Assembly (NCBI GenBank): GCA_964016885.1
Contig: OZ024744.1
Coordinates: 91,450,001-91,514,000 of the forward strand
Length of the DNA stretch: 64,000 nucleotides
Direction of reading: 5' to 3'
Source: Eledone cirrhosa
Taxonomy: Eukaryota
Shown here: in pieces, positions 63,709 to 64,000 of the stretch
How positions within the stretch are numbered: position 1 is the stretch's first letter
Layout: every line of letters begins with the position of its first letter
The notes under the pieces: generated by a model
What the model was told of the DNA's origin: nothing
Database searches by the model: none
What the model saw: only the letters and a program-made list of their open reading frames with translations
Program-made: the position numbers and the translations under genes

Positions 63709-64000
63709 TTTGTTAACCTGAATTGCTCCAGTCACAATATTGTTTACAGCATAGCTTTAGTTCAGTGACTGCAACAATCAATAGAGTAAAAGAAAGAGAT
63801 CAGACTTTGTATGCATATTTATTATATTTATAACCCACACCATATTGGAAGGTATACATGGCTTAGTGGTAAAGGTGTTGTTCCTGTAGTCGTTAAGTTA
63901 TGGGTTTGATTCCTGGACTGAGTGACACATTGTGTCTCTTCAGTTAAACCAAGGGACTGAAACATACTGACCTTTCTATAGGTGGCAGCAGAACCATATT

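Overview
Eukaryotic, AT-rich, repeat-saturated genomic DNA with one 200-N assembly gap (10144-10343). The SINE families, (TA)n/(CA)n density and RTE tails suggest an octopus/cephalopod or other mollusc; this is inference. No intact protein-coding gene is supported, and almost every long ORF in the track is a microsatellite read-through. Contents: decayed non-LTR retrotransposons (RTE with a PHD finger inside the RT, a ~4 kb L1/Tx1-type element, CR1 and CRE fragments); Penelope-like element (PLE) RT and GIY-YIG remnants; several tRNA-derived SINE families; mariner, Tc2, hAT and piggyBac-type MITEs; Helitrons; and tandem arrays that have grown out of transposon interiors. The most striking signal is a dispersed set of about 15 short elements, mostly beside (TA)n tracts, carrying type I hammerhead-ribozyme cores (CTGANGA-hairpin-GAAA-short palindromic stem III-UH). 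Many are built as long fold-back palindromes, up to 409 bp and near-perfect. One is linked to a PLE GIY-YIG ORF end, suggesting non-autonomous PLE-driven ribozyme/hairpin mini-elements. Other oddities: a 2.3 kb indel-free binary pentamer array (TATGC/TATGG), a 31-bp satellite with nascent higher-order structure inside a hAT MITE, and a mariner MITE turning into a satellite. All calls are by eye; no database searches were run.
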